The notes beneath the pieces are model-generated. The model saw only the letters and a list, made by a program, of their open reading frames with translations. It was not told where the DNA came from and made no database searches. Source: an uncultured Gammaproteobacteria bacterium (lineage in GTDB: Bacteria; Patescibacteriota; Microgenomatia; Woykebacterales; RBG-16-39-9b). Taken from it: a stretch of DNA of 64,000 nucleotides. This document shows, piece by piece, positions 9,233 to 17,948 of this stretch; the first letter of the stretch is position 1, and every line of letters begins with the position of its first letter. Made by a program: the position numbers and the translations under genes. Where the stretch lies: NCBI GenBank assembly GCA_965231125.1, contig OZ246414.1, positions 17,739 through 81,738 on the forward strand. The letters run 5' to 3'.

Positions 9233-10023
9233 CCGGTTATGTCCTCCCCTCCGTCGATGCGGATGACGTTGCCGGTCATCCAACCAAGCCGTTCGTCGGC
9301 TAGCGCGGCAATCGCCTTTGCAACATCTGCAGTGGTCGTCGCCCGCCCAGATGGATTCAGCGCCTTCGCTCGCTCATACAACTCTGGTCCACCTGGAATC
9401 CGACGTAAAGCCGGTGTGTCTGTTGCCCCAGCTTGAATCGCGTTGGCAGTGATGCCAAGCGGTGCCAGTTCAAACGCGATCTGGCGGATGTGCGATTCAA
9501 GCGCCGCCTTGGCAGCAGAAACAGCGCCGTAGGCTTTGATTACCCGGGCAGACCCAGAACTCGTCATGGCGAAGACGCGGCTTCCCTCGCCCATCAAGCC
9601 GGACGAGACCAGGTCCTGGGTCCAGTAGACCAGGCTGTGGGCCATTACATCCAGCGTCATGTCCATTTGCTTTTGGCTAATCGCGCCTTTGGGCGTTTCG
9701 GCGATGTAGGGCAGGAGTGTACCAAAGGCAAGCGAATGCAAAAGGACTTTGACGAAAGGCTCACCATTCCTGGGCAGATACGCCGTCATTCTTTCGATAA
9801 CCGTTGCACGATTTCCCGCGTCAGCTGCATTGAGATTGAAGAATTCCGTGAGACAACCCATCTCACGAATTTCATTCTCAATCCGCTCAGCATTCTGCTT
9901 CGCTGCTCCTGTGTCCAAGTGAACACCGCAGATATTGAAACCGCTTCTAGCGAGTTCGAGACTTGTAGCCTCACCGAATCCGCTGGATGCACCGAGAAGT
10001 AGAGCCCAATAATCTTTCTTCAT
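9229..10023 (-). CDS. SDR-family oxidoreductase, enoyl-[ACP]/enoyl-CoA reductase-like
   Basis: GASSGFG nucleotide-binding motif, and a Y-x6-K catalytic dyad (YGAVSAAKAALES) of the FabI/FabV type. It is GC-richer than the flanks. Confidence 0.6.
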   Translation of the reverse strand: MKKDYWALLLGASSGFGEATSLELARSGFNICGVHLDTGAAKQNAERIENEIREMGCLTEFFNLNAADAGNRATVIERMTAYLPRNGEPFVKVLLHSLAFGTLLPYIAETPKGAISQKQMDMTLDVMAHSLVYWTQDLVSSGLMGEGSRVFAMTSSGSARVIKAYGAVSAAKAALESHIRQIAFELAPLGITANAIQAGATDTPALRRIPGGPELYERAKALNPSGRATTTADVAKAIAALADERLGWMTGNVIRIDGGEDITG

Positions 10024-10133
10024 CTTCTTGTCTCCTTCCTCTCTTAGAAACTAGAAACCGGCAAACAGTATTTGCTTGTCACGTCGGAAAGATTCTATCA
10101 CATTTACAAAAGGTAGTGGAAAATCTTGAGCAA

Positions 10134-10970
10134 TTAGTTGCTGGAAGACCCCTCGGCGGCAGAAACTAAGTTTTGCATGAGTGCAGCCACAGTCATTGGA
10201 CCCACTCCGCCAGGAACAGGGGTAATTTTTGAAGCAACTTTGGCAACAGCCTCAAAATCCACATCGCCAACAATTCTTGATTTAGAGAGAGTGTCGTCCG
10301 GTTTTGGATAAACAGGGGTGGTACCGATATCTACAACAACAGCGCCTTTTTTGACCATACCAGCGGTGATTAGTTTGGGCTTACCAACCGCCGAAACTAA
10401 AATATCGGCTTTTTTAGTAATGAGTTCTGGGTTTGGGGTTTTGGAGTGAACAACCCTAACGCTTGCTCCTTCCTTTTCTAGAAGCTCGGCTGTTGGCTTT
10501 CCGGCGATTTTCCCGCGGCCCACAACCACGGCTTCTTTTCCTTTTATCACAACGCCCGATTTTTTCAAAAGTTCAATAACGCCCAGTGCCGTAGCCGATT
10601 TAAAGGGAGATCCGGGAACAAAACCATCGACATCTTTTTCTGCAGGTATCATTAACGTGAGTCGATTAGAATCCAAATGCTTCGGAATAGGAAGTTGCAA
10701 AATTATCCCGTGGACATTTTTGTCGGTAGCTAACTTTTTAATTATCTGCTCAGCTATATTACTCGAAGTATCGGTTTTTAACTGCTCTATCAATACCGTT
10801 GCGCCAATTTTCTCGCCGGCAATTTTTTTCTGGCCAACGTAGGCAGCCGATGCTTTATTATCCCCAATTAAAATTATTGCCAAAGCTGGTTTAATTTTTC
10901 CCTTTTGAGTTTTTACTTTTAACTTTTGTAAAATTTCGTCCCTAATTTTTCGCCCGTCAATTATTTCCAT
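10134..10970 (-). CDS. folD: bifunctional methylenetetrahydrofolate dehydrogenase/cyclohydrolase
   Basis: 278 aa. Contains YVGQKK, the HGIILQLPIP...D motif, and GRGKIAGKP with PGGVGPMTVA. Confidence 0.9.
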   Translation of the reverse strand: MEIIDGRKIRDEILQKLKVKTQKGKIKPALAIILIGDNKASAAYVGQKKIAGEKIGATVLIEQLKTDTSSNIAEQIIKKLATDKNVHGIILQLPIPKHLDSNRLTLMIPAEKDVDGFVPGSPFKSATALGVIELLKKSGVVIKGKEAVVVGRGKIAGKPTAELLEKEGASVRVVHSKTPNPELITKKADILVSAVGKPKLITAGMVKKGAVVVDIGTTPVYPKPDDTLSKSRIVGDVDFEAVAKVASKITPVPGGVGPMTVAALMQNLVSAAEGSSSN

Positions 10971-10972
10971 GT

Positions 10973-12214
10973 TTAGATTTTTAACTTACTCAGGCCCAAA
11001 TTTATATTCAAAAAATCCCGCATCAAAGAAAAGCGGGCCTTCAAAACTTTTGTAACTCTACGCTTTTCTGAGTCTATCTTTATTGCCTTTTTGTAAACCC
11101 CAACCAATTTTTTTGCTTGGGCCTCGGAGGAGTATTTTTCTCGAACTAATTTTTCGCCTGCCTTACCAAGACTCATTCTGAGTTGGGGCTCTACCAGCAA
11201 ATTTTTTACTTTGCCGGCAAAATCTTTCTTATTCCTCTCTGCCACTAAACCTGTTTTTCCGGCAGTCACAAGTTCGTCAAATGCCGGGTCTTTAACTACT
11301 ACCACTGGGCAGCCGGCTAACATTGCTTCGGGAACAGTTAAACCTTGAGTCTCCGTGTCGGATGCAAAAACAAAAATATCCGCATCTTTATAAACTTTCG
11401 GAACATCCTTCCGGGAAATAAAACCAGTGAAAAGAACTTTTTTGGTCAATTTTAAATCTTTCGCAAGGCTAACTATATTTTCCTTTTCTGGACCATCACC
11501 CACAATTGCAAGATATGTGTTTCTTTCCTTATTTAATAAATCTTTAAGGGACTCGATGATAAAATCAACCTTTTTTTCTTTACCAAGCCTACCTAAATAC
11601 AAAATAACTCTATCTGAATCCGTCAAACCAAGTTGCTTTCTTAAATAACCCTTTTTTAAACTGCGGAAACGGGCTAGTTCGATTCCACCTGGAATCACCA
11701 ATATCTTTTTTGTCACACCGTAGTCTAAAAGTTCCTTCTTAACCCTTTTAGTTGGGACCACAACCAAATCACATAAATTACAAAAAATCTTACTTCCAAG
11801 CTCGGCTATTTTTGGTGTAACCATTTTTCCTTTTAGGACATAGTGTAAGTAGCGATTCAGTAGTGTGTGATAGGTAACGACGCAAGGAAGGCCCCGAAGC
11901 CGAGCAAATTCCCAGCCTAAAAGGCCGGCTGTCCCTTGGGTATGAATGTGAACAACATCAAACTTCTGCCGGAAAAGATTGCGTAGATCTTTTTCTGGGA
12001 TTGGGACAACAAGGCGCTGCTCGGGGTTTTTAATAATTTTTACCGCCGAAAGTCTGAAAACGTGCTCATCAGTATCTTTATAACCAGGAGTTTTCGGAGC
12101 GACAACATAGACCTCGTGACCCATCTTTTCCAAGGCTTTTTTGGTTGTAAGGGTGTTTTCGGAGACACCGTTTGTTTGGGGCCAATAAGTATCAGTAAAA
12201 AAGGCAATCTTCAT
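10973..12214 (-). CDS. glycosyltransferase family 4
   Basis: N-terminus MKIAFFTDTYWPQTNGVS is GT4-like, and the C-terminus carries an EAMLAGCPVV-type motif. Confidence 0.85.
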   Translation of the reverse strand: MKIAFFTDTYWPQTNGVSENTLTTKKALEKMGHEVYVVAPKTPGYKDTDEHVFRLSAVKIIKNPEQRLVVPIPEKDLRNLFRQKFDVVHIHTQGTAGLLGWEFARLRGLPCVVTYHTLLNRYLHYVLKGKMVTPKIAELGSKIFCNLCDLVVVPTKRVKKELLDYGVTKKILVIPGGIELARFRSLKKGYLRKQLGLTDSDRVILYLGRLGKEKKVDFIIESLKDLLNKERNTYLAIVGDGPEKENIVSLAKDLKLTKKVLFTGFISRKDVPKVYKDADIFVFASDTETQGLTVPEAMLAGCPVVVVKDPAFDELVTAGKTGLVAERNKKDFAGKVKNLLVEPQLRMSLGKAGEKLVREKYSSEAQAKKLVGVYKKAIKIDSEKRRVTKVLKARFSLMRDFLNINLGLSKLKI

Positions 12215-12227
12215 AGTTTATTAAAAT

Positions 12228-12956
12228 TTAACGAAAATGAGGAAAAGCCGGTGGTTTTTTTCCCATTTTCAAAAGTATATAGTTCCAACTATATCTCAAG
12301 AAGCTTCTTATGTAACCCTCTTTAAGCCGCCGAGTAGAAGTGTAAACTTTCATTCGGTTATCAAATTTTATGATACCAAACGTACTTATTCTATCAGTTA
12401 AATCAGTATCTTCAGCGGACCTAATTTCCGGATCGAAACCTCCGCATTTTTCATAAGCATCTTTTCTAACTGCAAAATTCATTCCTGACATATATGCCTT
12501 ACCTTCTAACCTACCTGCCAATTGATAAACTTTTGTGGCAAACCAAAAGGCAAATTGTTGCGTCATCATTGTTCCAGCGCGAGGCAAAACTGGACCAGTT
12601 ACCGAAACCACTTTGGGATCTCGAAAATCTTCCAGAATAATCTTCAACCAATCTTTCGGGACTATCGTATCTGCATCTGTACCAGCTAAAATACCGGCCT
12701 TTGCTTCTTCAAAACCCCGAAAGCGGGCAAGACCTATTCCTGGCTTTTCAAATATTATCTTTACTCCATATTTTTTGCATATTCGGTACGTGTCGTCAAC
12801 TGTGTCTTCCCGGATTACAACAATAATTTCGTATTGATTTTTCGGCAAACTTTGGTCCCTTAAGCTCTCCAGACATTTTCCTATGTACTTTTCCTCATTA
12901 AAGGCAGGAACCGCTACCGAAATTAAAGGGAATTTATCTTTCAATTTCTTATTCAT
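12228..12956 (-). CDS. glycosyltransferase family 2
   Basis: Contains ISVAVPAFNEEKYI and IIVV..DDT (the DxD region). Start set at the internal Met so it abuts rather than overlaps fpg. Confidence 0.8.
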   Translation of the reverse strand: MNKKLKDKFPLISVAVPAFNEEKYIGKCLESLRDQSLPKNQYEIIVVIREDTVDDTYRICKKYGVKIIFEKPGIGLARFRGFEEAKAGILAGTDADTIVPKDWLKIILEDFRDPKVVSVTGPVLPRAGTMMTQQFAFWFATKVYQLAGRLEGKAYMSGMNFAVRKDAYEKCGGFDPEIRSAEDTDLTDRISTFGIIKFDNRMKVYTSTRRLKEGYIRSFLRYSWNYILLKMGKKPPAFPHFR

Positions 12957-12957
12957 A

Positions 12958-13785
12958 TTAATTTCTTTGGCAATTGGGGCAATAGTGAGTACCTCTACCC
13001 CCAACACGTATCTTTCTTACTATAGCGCCGCAGCGCGGACACGGCTCTCCGTTTAAGCGAAAGACTCTCAGATTTTTGGCGTGACCACCTTTCTTTGCAT
13101 AAATATCTAGATATTGATCAACACTTGTACCCCGATCTTCAATTCCTTCTTTAATGACAAATAAAATTGCATCGAACAATTTTTGAAGTTCTGCTTCGCT
13201 TAATTTGTTTGCGGGCCGTTCTGGGTGGATTTTGGCGCGCCACAAAGCTTCATCAGCGTAAATGTTTCCTACCCCGGAAATTTTCTTTTGGTCCATGATT
13301 ACAGTTTTAACAGCCCGGCTGCTTTTGGAAACAATTTTTTTGAAGGCATCAAACGTAAATTCTGGTGTGAAAGGTTCAGGTCCAAATTCAGCTAGGATTT
13401 TGTCCAAATCGCCTTTGTCTTTAACCACTTTCATAAATCCAAATTTTCTCAGATCGTTAAACCGCAGCTCCTCACCACCGTCAAGTTCAACTATAATGTG
13501 AGTGAACCTGTCTTTTGGATCCCCCGCTCTTCTTAAAAAAAGTTGGCCGGAAAGTTTTAAGTGGATTGCAATTGTGGTTCCGTGATCGTCCAGGTTCATC
13601 AGGAGAAGTTTTGCCCGCCGTTGAAAATCCTTAATCTTTTTTCCGTCAATTGCTTTCTCCATGTCTTCCGGTGAGGGTTTTAGCATTTTTGGCGCGTCAT
13701 AATATTTAAGCCGGATAATCTTACGACCCTTAAGCTCCTTGTTTAAATCACGGCGTATTGTTTCAACCTCAGGAAGTTCTGGCAT
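12958..13785 (-). CDS. formamidopyrimidine-DNA glycosylase (Fpg/Nei family), paralogue 1
   Basis: N-terminus MPELPEVE (catalytic Pro2/Glu3) and a C-terminal zinc finger CPRCG...CPNCQ. Confidence 0.85.
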   Translation of the reverse strand: MPELPEVETIRRDLNKELKGRKIIRLKYYDAPKMLKPSPEDMEKAIDGKKIKDFQRRAKLLLMNLDDHGTTIAIHLKLSGQLFLRRAGDPKDRFTHIIVELDGGEELRFNDLRKFGFMKVVKDKGDLDKILAEFGPEPFTPEFTFDAFKKIVSKSSRAVKTVIMDQKKISGVGNIYADEALWRAKIHPERPANKLSEAELQKLFDAILFVIKEGIEDRGTSVDQYLDIYAKKGGHAKNLRVFRLNGEPCPRCGAIVRKIRVGGRGTHYCPNCQRN

Positions 13786-13787
13786 AA

Positions 13788-14057
13788 TTACACCTTATAA
13801 ATCTTATGGGGGCCGATATCAATTAAACCGACCGTTTCTGTGTCAACAAATTCAAACACAACTCTTGTCGAGTAGTCAACTGAAAAAGACCAATATTTAG
13901 CTAGTTTACCTGATAATTTATGGGTTTTAAGCTGGTGGTGAAAGGGATTCTTTTGGAAAATCTCAAGCCGTCTAACCGCTACTTGTTGTTTCCCCTTCGA
14001 TAACTTCTTAAAAGATTTATTATAGTGAGAAGATTGAAGTAATTTTTTAATTTCCAC
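13788..14057 (-). CDS. RelE/ParE-family toxin-like protein
   Basis: 89 aa. The pattern HKLSGKLAKYWSFSVDYSTRVVFEF...IDIGPHKIY matches the RelE/ParE fold signature. A small upstream ORF lies 3 nt away. Confidence 0.6.
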   Translation of the reverse strand: MEIKKLLQSSHYNKSFKKLSKGKQQVAVRRLEIFQKNPFHHQLKTHKLSGKLAKYWSFSVDYSTRVVFEFVDTETVGLIDIGPHKIYKV

Positions 14058-14060
14058 TAT

Positions 14061-14258
14061 TTACTTTAAAAGTTCTTTAGGGTCTTTTAGTAAAATGAGT
14101 TTCCCGTTGCCTTTTTCCTTCTCATAAATTCTAACCGCTTCTAAAGCAGCTTTCTCTTCCTCCACCTCTTTAAGTTCCTGTTCGTGGATTATTTCCCGCA
14201 GCTCTTTAACATCTTTTTCAATTTTTTCAATTTTTTCTAGAACCTCTGTCTTTACCAT
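14061..14258 (-). CDS. putative cognate antitoxin (coiled-coil, 65 aa)
   Basis: Its position and size fit an antitoxin, but I could not recognise an antitoxin fold with confidence. Confidence 0.35.
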   Translation of the reverse strand: MVKTEVLEKIEKIEKDVKELREIIHEQELKEVEEEKAALEAVRIYEKEKGNGKLILLKDPKELLK

Positions 14259-14287
14259 AATAAAGTAGATATTATACTAAAACTTAA

Positions 14288-14437
14288 CCCTCAAAATAAA
14301 GCTCAAGCGCTTCTTTTAGATTTTTGATTGCTTCATCGTGAGTTTTGCCTTGGGAAGCAATATTAACCTCAAGGCAACGGGCTACATACAAATTTTCCTC
14401 TTTCCAAACTGCGCTGTGAAAGTTTTTCATTGCAGCC
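14288..14437 (-). CDS. HicB-like (UPF0150) antitoxin-fold protein, 49 aa; below the ORF-track cutoff
   Basis: Manual translation MKNFHSAVWKEENLYVARCLEVNIASQGKTHDEAIKNLKEALELYFEG. No hicA partner was found. Confidence 0.45.
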
Positions 14438-14480
14438 TAATAATAAACTTTTAATTGTTGGTTTTCAACCACAAAAAGAA

Positions 14481-14516
14481 AGTCCCGCGCTTGCTAGTTC
14501 GCAAAACGCGGGACTC
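14481..14516 (-). terminator. rho-independent terminator for the 14567..14833 gene
   Basis: AGTCCCGCG-N18-CGCGGGACT followed on the minus strand by TTTCTTTTTGTGG. Confidence 0.5.
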
Positions 14517-14566
14517 TTAGGTACTGTTGGGGGTTACTTCGCTAGAACAAATGTAGTGGTTACTCA

Positions 14567-14833
14567 TTAATCAGGTCCTAGCCCCGTACTCCCTTCCTCT
14601 GTACGTCTTCGGGCTGCGAAAGCGTGGATCAGCATTTCCGACAACATCTCCGCCTGATCCCACCTCAGTCTCATTGCTGGTCCAAGGCGATTCTCTATCA
14701 CCACACCATCTGGCCCGTGAGAAAGTCCTATGTCTCCTGCCTCAATAGTCTTAAACGGCGACGGTTTCTCCTTCGTCTTTTCTCTTTCAAGAACCCGCGC
14801 AGCCTCTTTTGATGCCCTACTCATTCCAGACAC
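14567..14833 (-). CDS. hypothetical protein (88 aa), GC-rich
   Basis: Complete ORF in a GC-rich islet, followed by a terminator. Confidence 0.4.
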   Translation of the reverse strand: MSGMSRASKEAARVLEREKTKEKPSPFKTIEAGDIGLSHGPDGVVIENRLGPAMRLRWDQAEMLSEMLIHAFAARRRTEEGSTGLGPD

Positions 14834-14896
14834 AGTTGCTCTTCTCCTCCCTAGTTTTAGTTTCGTACTATAGAATTTTAAGGAGTCTTTGCCAAA

Positions 14897-15739
14897 CTAA
14901 AAAAGACTTAGCTGCTCCTTCGGCTGACAAGAAGGGCAAAAATGAGTACGGCGGCCAGAAATTTCAATCATTTCAATCGGAGTTGAACAATTCCGGCAAG
15001 GCTGTCCAGTTCGACCATAAACATAAAAACTTTCTTGATTTTTCCCCGGTTGCCCGTAAAGATTTAAATAGCTGTCAATGGTGCTGCCACCGGCGGCGAG
15101 ATCTTTTTCAAGCACCTCCCTGACTGCGGTTAATAAATTTTCTGATTCCTCGGCAGTGATTGATCGCGGGTGTCTTTTTGGGTTAATCTTGGCCACAAAT
15201 AAAGCTTCATCAGCGTTAATGTTTCCCACTCCGGCCATTATTGACTGGTCAAGCAGCGCTTCTTTCATGTTAGTAATGTTCGTGGAAGACAAAGCTTGTT
15301 TTAAATAATCAGAGGTCGCTTTATCCGGCTCTGGCCCTAGCTTTTTATCTAAAAGAGCTAAATCCTCTTTATCCCAAAGAGAAACCTCTGCAAATCTGGC
15401 TCGATCAGTGAAACGCAACTGTCGACCGTCATCTAGATTTATAGTTAACCGAAGAAATTCGTCCGACAAGTCGCTAGGTTTGCGCAGCAGCAATCGGCCC
15501 GTCATTTTCAAATGAAACATTAAATGATAATCGTCCGTTAATGAAAGTAGTAAATATTTGCCGCGACGACGCGATTTAAGAATTTTCTTCCCCGGCAAAA
15601 TTGCTTCCAAATCTCTTGCTTGTCTCGCCTTTAAACTATTCCCATTTTCTGGATCAAAAGTTGCTTGTGTGATTACACGACCAATTATTTCATCACCTAA
15701 CTGACGTCTAATAATTTCTACTTCTGGTAGTTCCGGCAT
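14897..15739 (-). CDS. formamidopyrimidine-DNA glycosylase (Fpg/Nei family), paralogue 2
   Basis: N-terminus MPELPEVE and a C-terminal zinc finger CRNC...CPSCQ. It overlaps polA by 32 nt. Confidence 0.85.
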   Translation of the reverse strand: MPELPEVEIIRRQLGDEIIGRVITQATFDPENGNSLKARQARDLEAILPGKKILKSRRRGKYLLLSLTDDYHLMFHLKMTGRLLLRKPSDLSDEFLRLTINLDDGRQLRFTDRARFAEVSLWDKEDLALLDKKLGPEPDKATSDYLKQALSSTNITNMKEALLDQSIMAGVGNINADEALFVAKINPKRHPRSITAEESENLLTAVREVLEKDLAAGGSTIDSYLNLYGQPGKNQESFYVYGRTGQPCRNCSTPIEMIEISGRRTHFCPSCQPKEQLSLF

Positions 15740-17897
15740 AAGGTTTCATCTCTCCCCAATTTTTACCAAGCTTCATCTCAACAACGAGAGGAACAGAAAG
15801 GGGAAAGGCTGTCTCCATAATGTTTTTTACCACGGCCGCAGCCTCTTTTAACTCACTCTCAGGAACTTCAAAAACTAATTCATCATGAACTTGCAAAATC
15901 ATTTTTGTTTTTAAACTTTTTACTTTTAACTTTTTACTTAATTCGACCATCGCCTTTTTAATAATATCGGCCGCGGTTCCTTGAATTGGAGAGTTGACGG
16001 CAATTCGCTCGCCTCCCTTGCGCACAATTTGATTGTTACTGCGAAGTTCCAAAACGTAGCGCTTGAACCCGCCTAAAGTAGTCACGAAACCGTTTTCGTA
16101 GGCTTCCCTTAGTACCGCACCAATCCAATCTGAAACTTGCGGAAACCGGGCGAAGTAGCGGTCGATTATTTCTTTAGCTTCTGCCGGCGAATTTTTAAGT
16201 TGCTGGGAAAGGCCAAACGGCGAAATGCCGTACATTATGCCAAAGTTAATTATTTTCGCGACTCGTCTGTCTTCCTTTGTAACCTCGCTTGGCTTTTTCC
16301 CAAGGATGGATGCCGCCGCCTCTGTGTGAATATCTTCGCCTTCCTCAAAAATCCTTTTGAGTTCCCTGTCCCCGCTTATATGCGCCATAACGCGCAGTTC
16401 TATTTGGTTGTAATCTCCCGAAAGTAAAACGCTGCCTTTCGGGGCAATAAAGGCGGCGCGGACTTTTTCGCCCCAGCCACCTCGAGCCGGAATATTTTGC
16501 AAATTGGGATCTTTTGAGGAAAGCCGGCCGGTACGAGCAATATCCGTGTGATAATGGGTGTGAACCCGACTGTCGGGCCCAATTTGGGCTGGCAAAGCAT
16601 CTACGTAGGTAGATTTTAGTTTAAAAAGCTCGCGGTATTGCAGAATTAAATCTATCACTGGATGCGCACCAACAAGAGACGATAAAGTCGCCTGATCCGT
16701 AGACTTGTGAGTTTTGATGCGAGTCGACCTTTCCGGAACAAGGTTTAACTCTTCATAAAGAACTTCTGAAAGTTGGCGTGGGGAGTTGAGATTAAATTCG
16801 TGACCAACTTCCTTATAGATTTGCTTTTCTAATTGAGAAAGCTTATTATTAATATCTTCCGATAACTGCGCCAGTTTTTTCTGGTCAAGCAACACGCCGT
16901 AGTTCTCCATTTCCCGAAGAACTTTTTCCAAATCGAAATTAACCCCCGTTTCCTCCTCTTTCTGTTTTTCAAACAAACCGGCCTGATCTTTGTTCTCGAT
17001 AGTTTGATAGCTCGATAGTTTCTCCTTCTCAACACCCGGAAGTTTATTTATCAGTGACTTAAATTCTAGCGCTTGAAAAAGCTTCACTGCTTCGGCTTTA
17101 TCATAATCGTGCAAAACGCACTTATTTAAATCCAGTTTTATTGGCGCATTAACATCTATAGTAGAGAGTCTTTTTGACATAACGGCTGCCTCGGCATCTG
17201 CCTCTAGTAGCTTGCGGGTCCTTTCTGGGATTTTGGCAAGGTTTTTGTAAATTTCTTCGACCGAACCAAACTCTTTCACTAGCTTCACTGCGCCAACGTC
17301 CCCAATTCCCCGAACCCCTGGGATATTATCTGAGGCATCTCCTGCCAAAGCTTTAACATCAATAAGTTTTTGGGGAGCAAGACCGTATTTCTCCTCGACA
17401 ATTTTTGAGTCGTAATAGACTACATCGGCAAAACTTTTCCCCGGAGTGTAAATTTTTACGTTTGGCCTAACAAGTTGAAGTGTATCGCGATCTCCCGTGA
17501 CAATTAGTACCTCCAAATCTTTAACACCATTTTCCGTTGCTTGTTTGACCAAAGTGCCAATAATATCGTCTGCTTCATAACCGGCAAGTTCAAAAACAGG
17601 AATATTCAGTACCGAAAGAACTTCCTTTACTCTGGGCATTTGTTCATGAAGCTCTTCAGGCGCTGCGCCCCTTTGGGCTTTATAGGCTGTATATTCTTGG
17701 TGGCGAAAAGTGGGTTCAGCGGTGTCAAAAGTAACCGCAATGTAGGCTGGTTTAACATCGGCAATTGCTCGCAGTAACATGCTTGTGAAGCCAAAAACCG
17801 CGTTGACCAGCTCGCCCTTGGAAGTTGTCAGTGGAGGCATAGCGTGATAAGCACGATGAAAAACCGCGTGCCCGTCTACCAACATTAATTTTGCCAT
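15708..17897 (-). CDS. polA: DNA polymerase I, with 5'-3' exonuclease and polymerase domains and no recognisable 3'-5' exonuclease domain
   Basis: 729 aa. The N-terminal FEN-like domain and the C-terminal family A polymerase motifs (e.g. YGISPFGLS, QVHDELVFE) are both present. Confidence 0.9.
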   Translation of the reverse strand: MAKLMLVDGHAVFHRAYHAMPPLTTSKGELVNAVFGFTSMLLRAIADVKPAYIAVTFDTAEPTFRHQEYTAYKAQRGAAPEELHEQMPRVKEVLSVLNIPVFELAGYEADDIIGTLVKQATENGVKDLEVLIVTGDRDTLQLVRPNVKIYTPGKSFADVVYYDSKIVEEKYGLAPQKLIDVKALAGDASDNIPGVRGIGDVGAVKLVKEFGSVEEIYKNLAKIPERTRKLLEADAEAAVMSKRLSTIDVNAPIKLDLNKCVLHDYDKAEAVKLFQALEFKSLINKLPGVEKEKLSSYQTIENKDQAGLFEKQKEEETGVNFDLEKVLREMENYGVLLDQKKLAQLSEDINNKLSQLEKQIYKEVGHEFNLNSPRQLSEVLYEELNLVPERSTRIKTHKSTDQATLSSLVGAHPVIDLILQYRELFKLKSTYVDALPAQIGPDSRVHTHYHTDIARTGRLSSKDPNLQNIPARGGWGEKVRAAFIAPKGSVLLSGDYNQIELRVMAHISGDRELKRIFEEGEDIHTEAAASILGKKPSEVTKEDRRVAKIINFGIMYGISPFGLSQQLKNSPAEAKEIIDRYFARFPQVSDWIGAVLREAYENGFVTTLGGFKRYVLELRSNNQIVRKGGERIAVNSPIQGTAADIIKKAMVELSKKLKVKSLKTKMILQVHDELVFEVPESELKEAAAVVKNIMETAFPLSVPLVVEMKLGKNWGEMKPYAGTTRSRNY

Positions 17898-17948
17898 GGG
17901 GACATTTTAACTCAAAATCTATGCGCCAACAAGCTAACCGCGGTATCT

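Noticed and set aside
9098-10002. Plus-strand ORFs 9098..9436 and 9433..10002
   Set aside because: Both are antisense to the SDR gene and arise from its high GC. No domains and no RBS.
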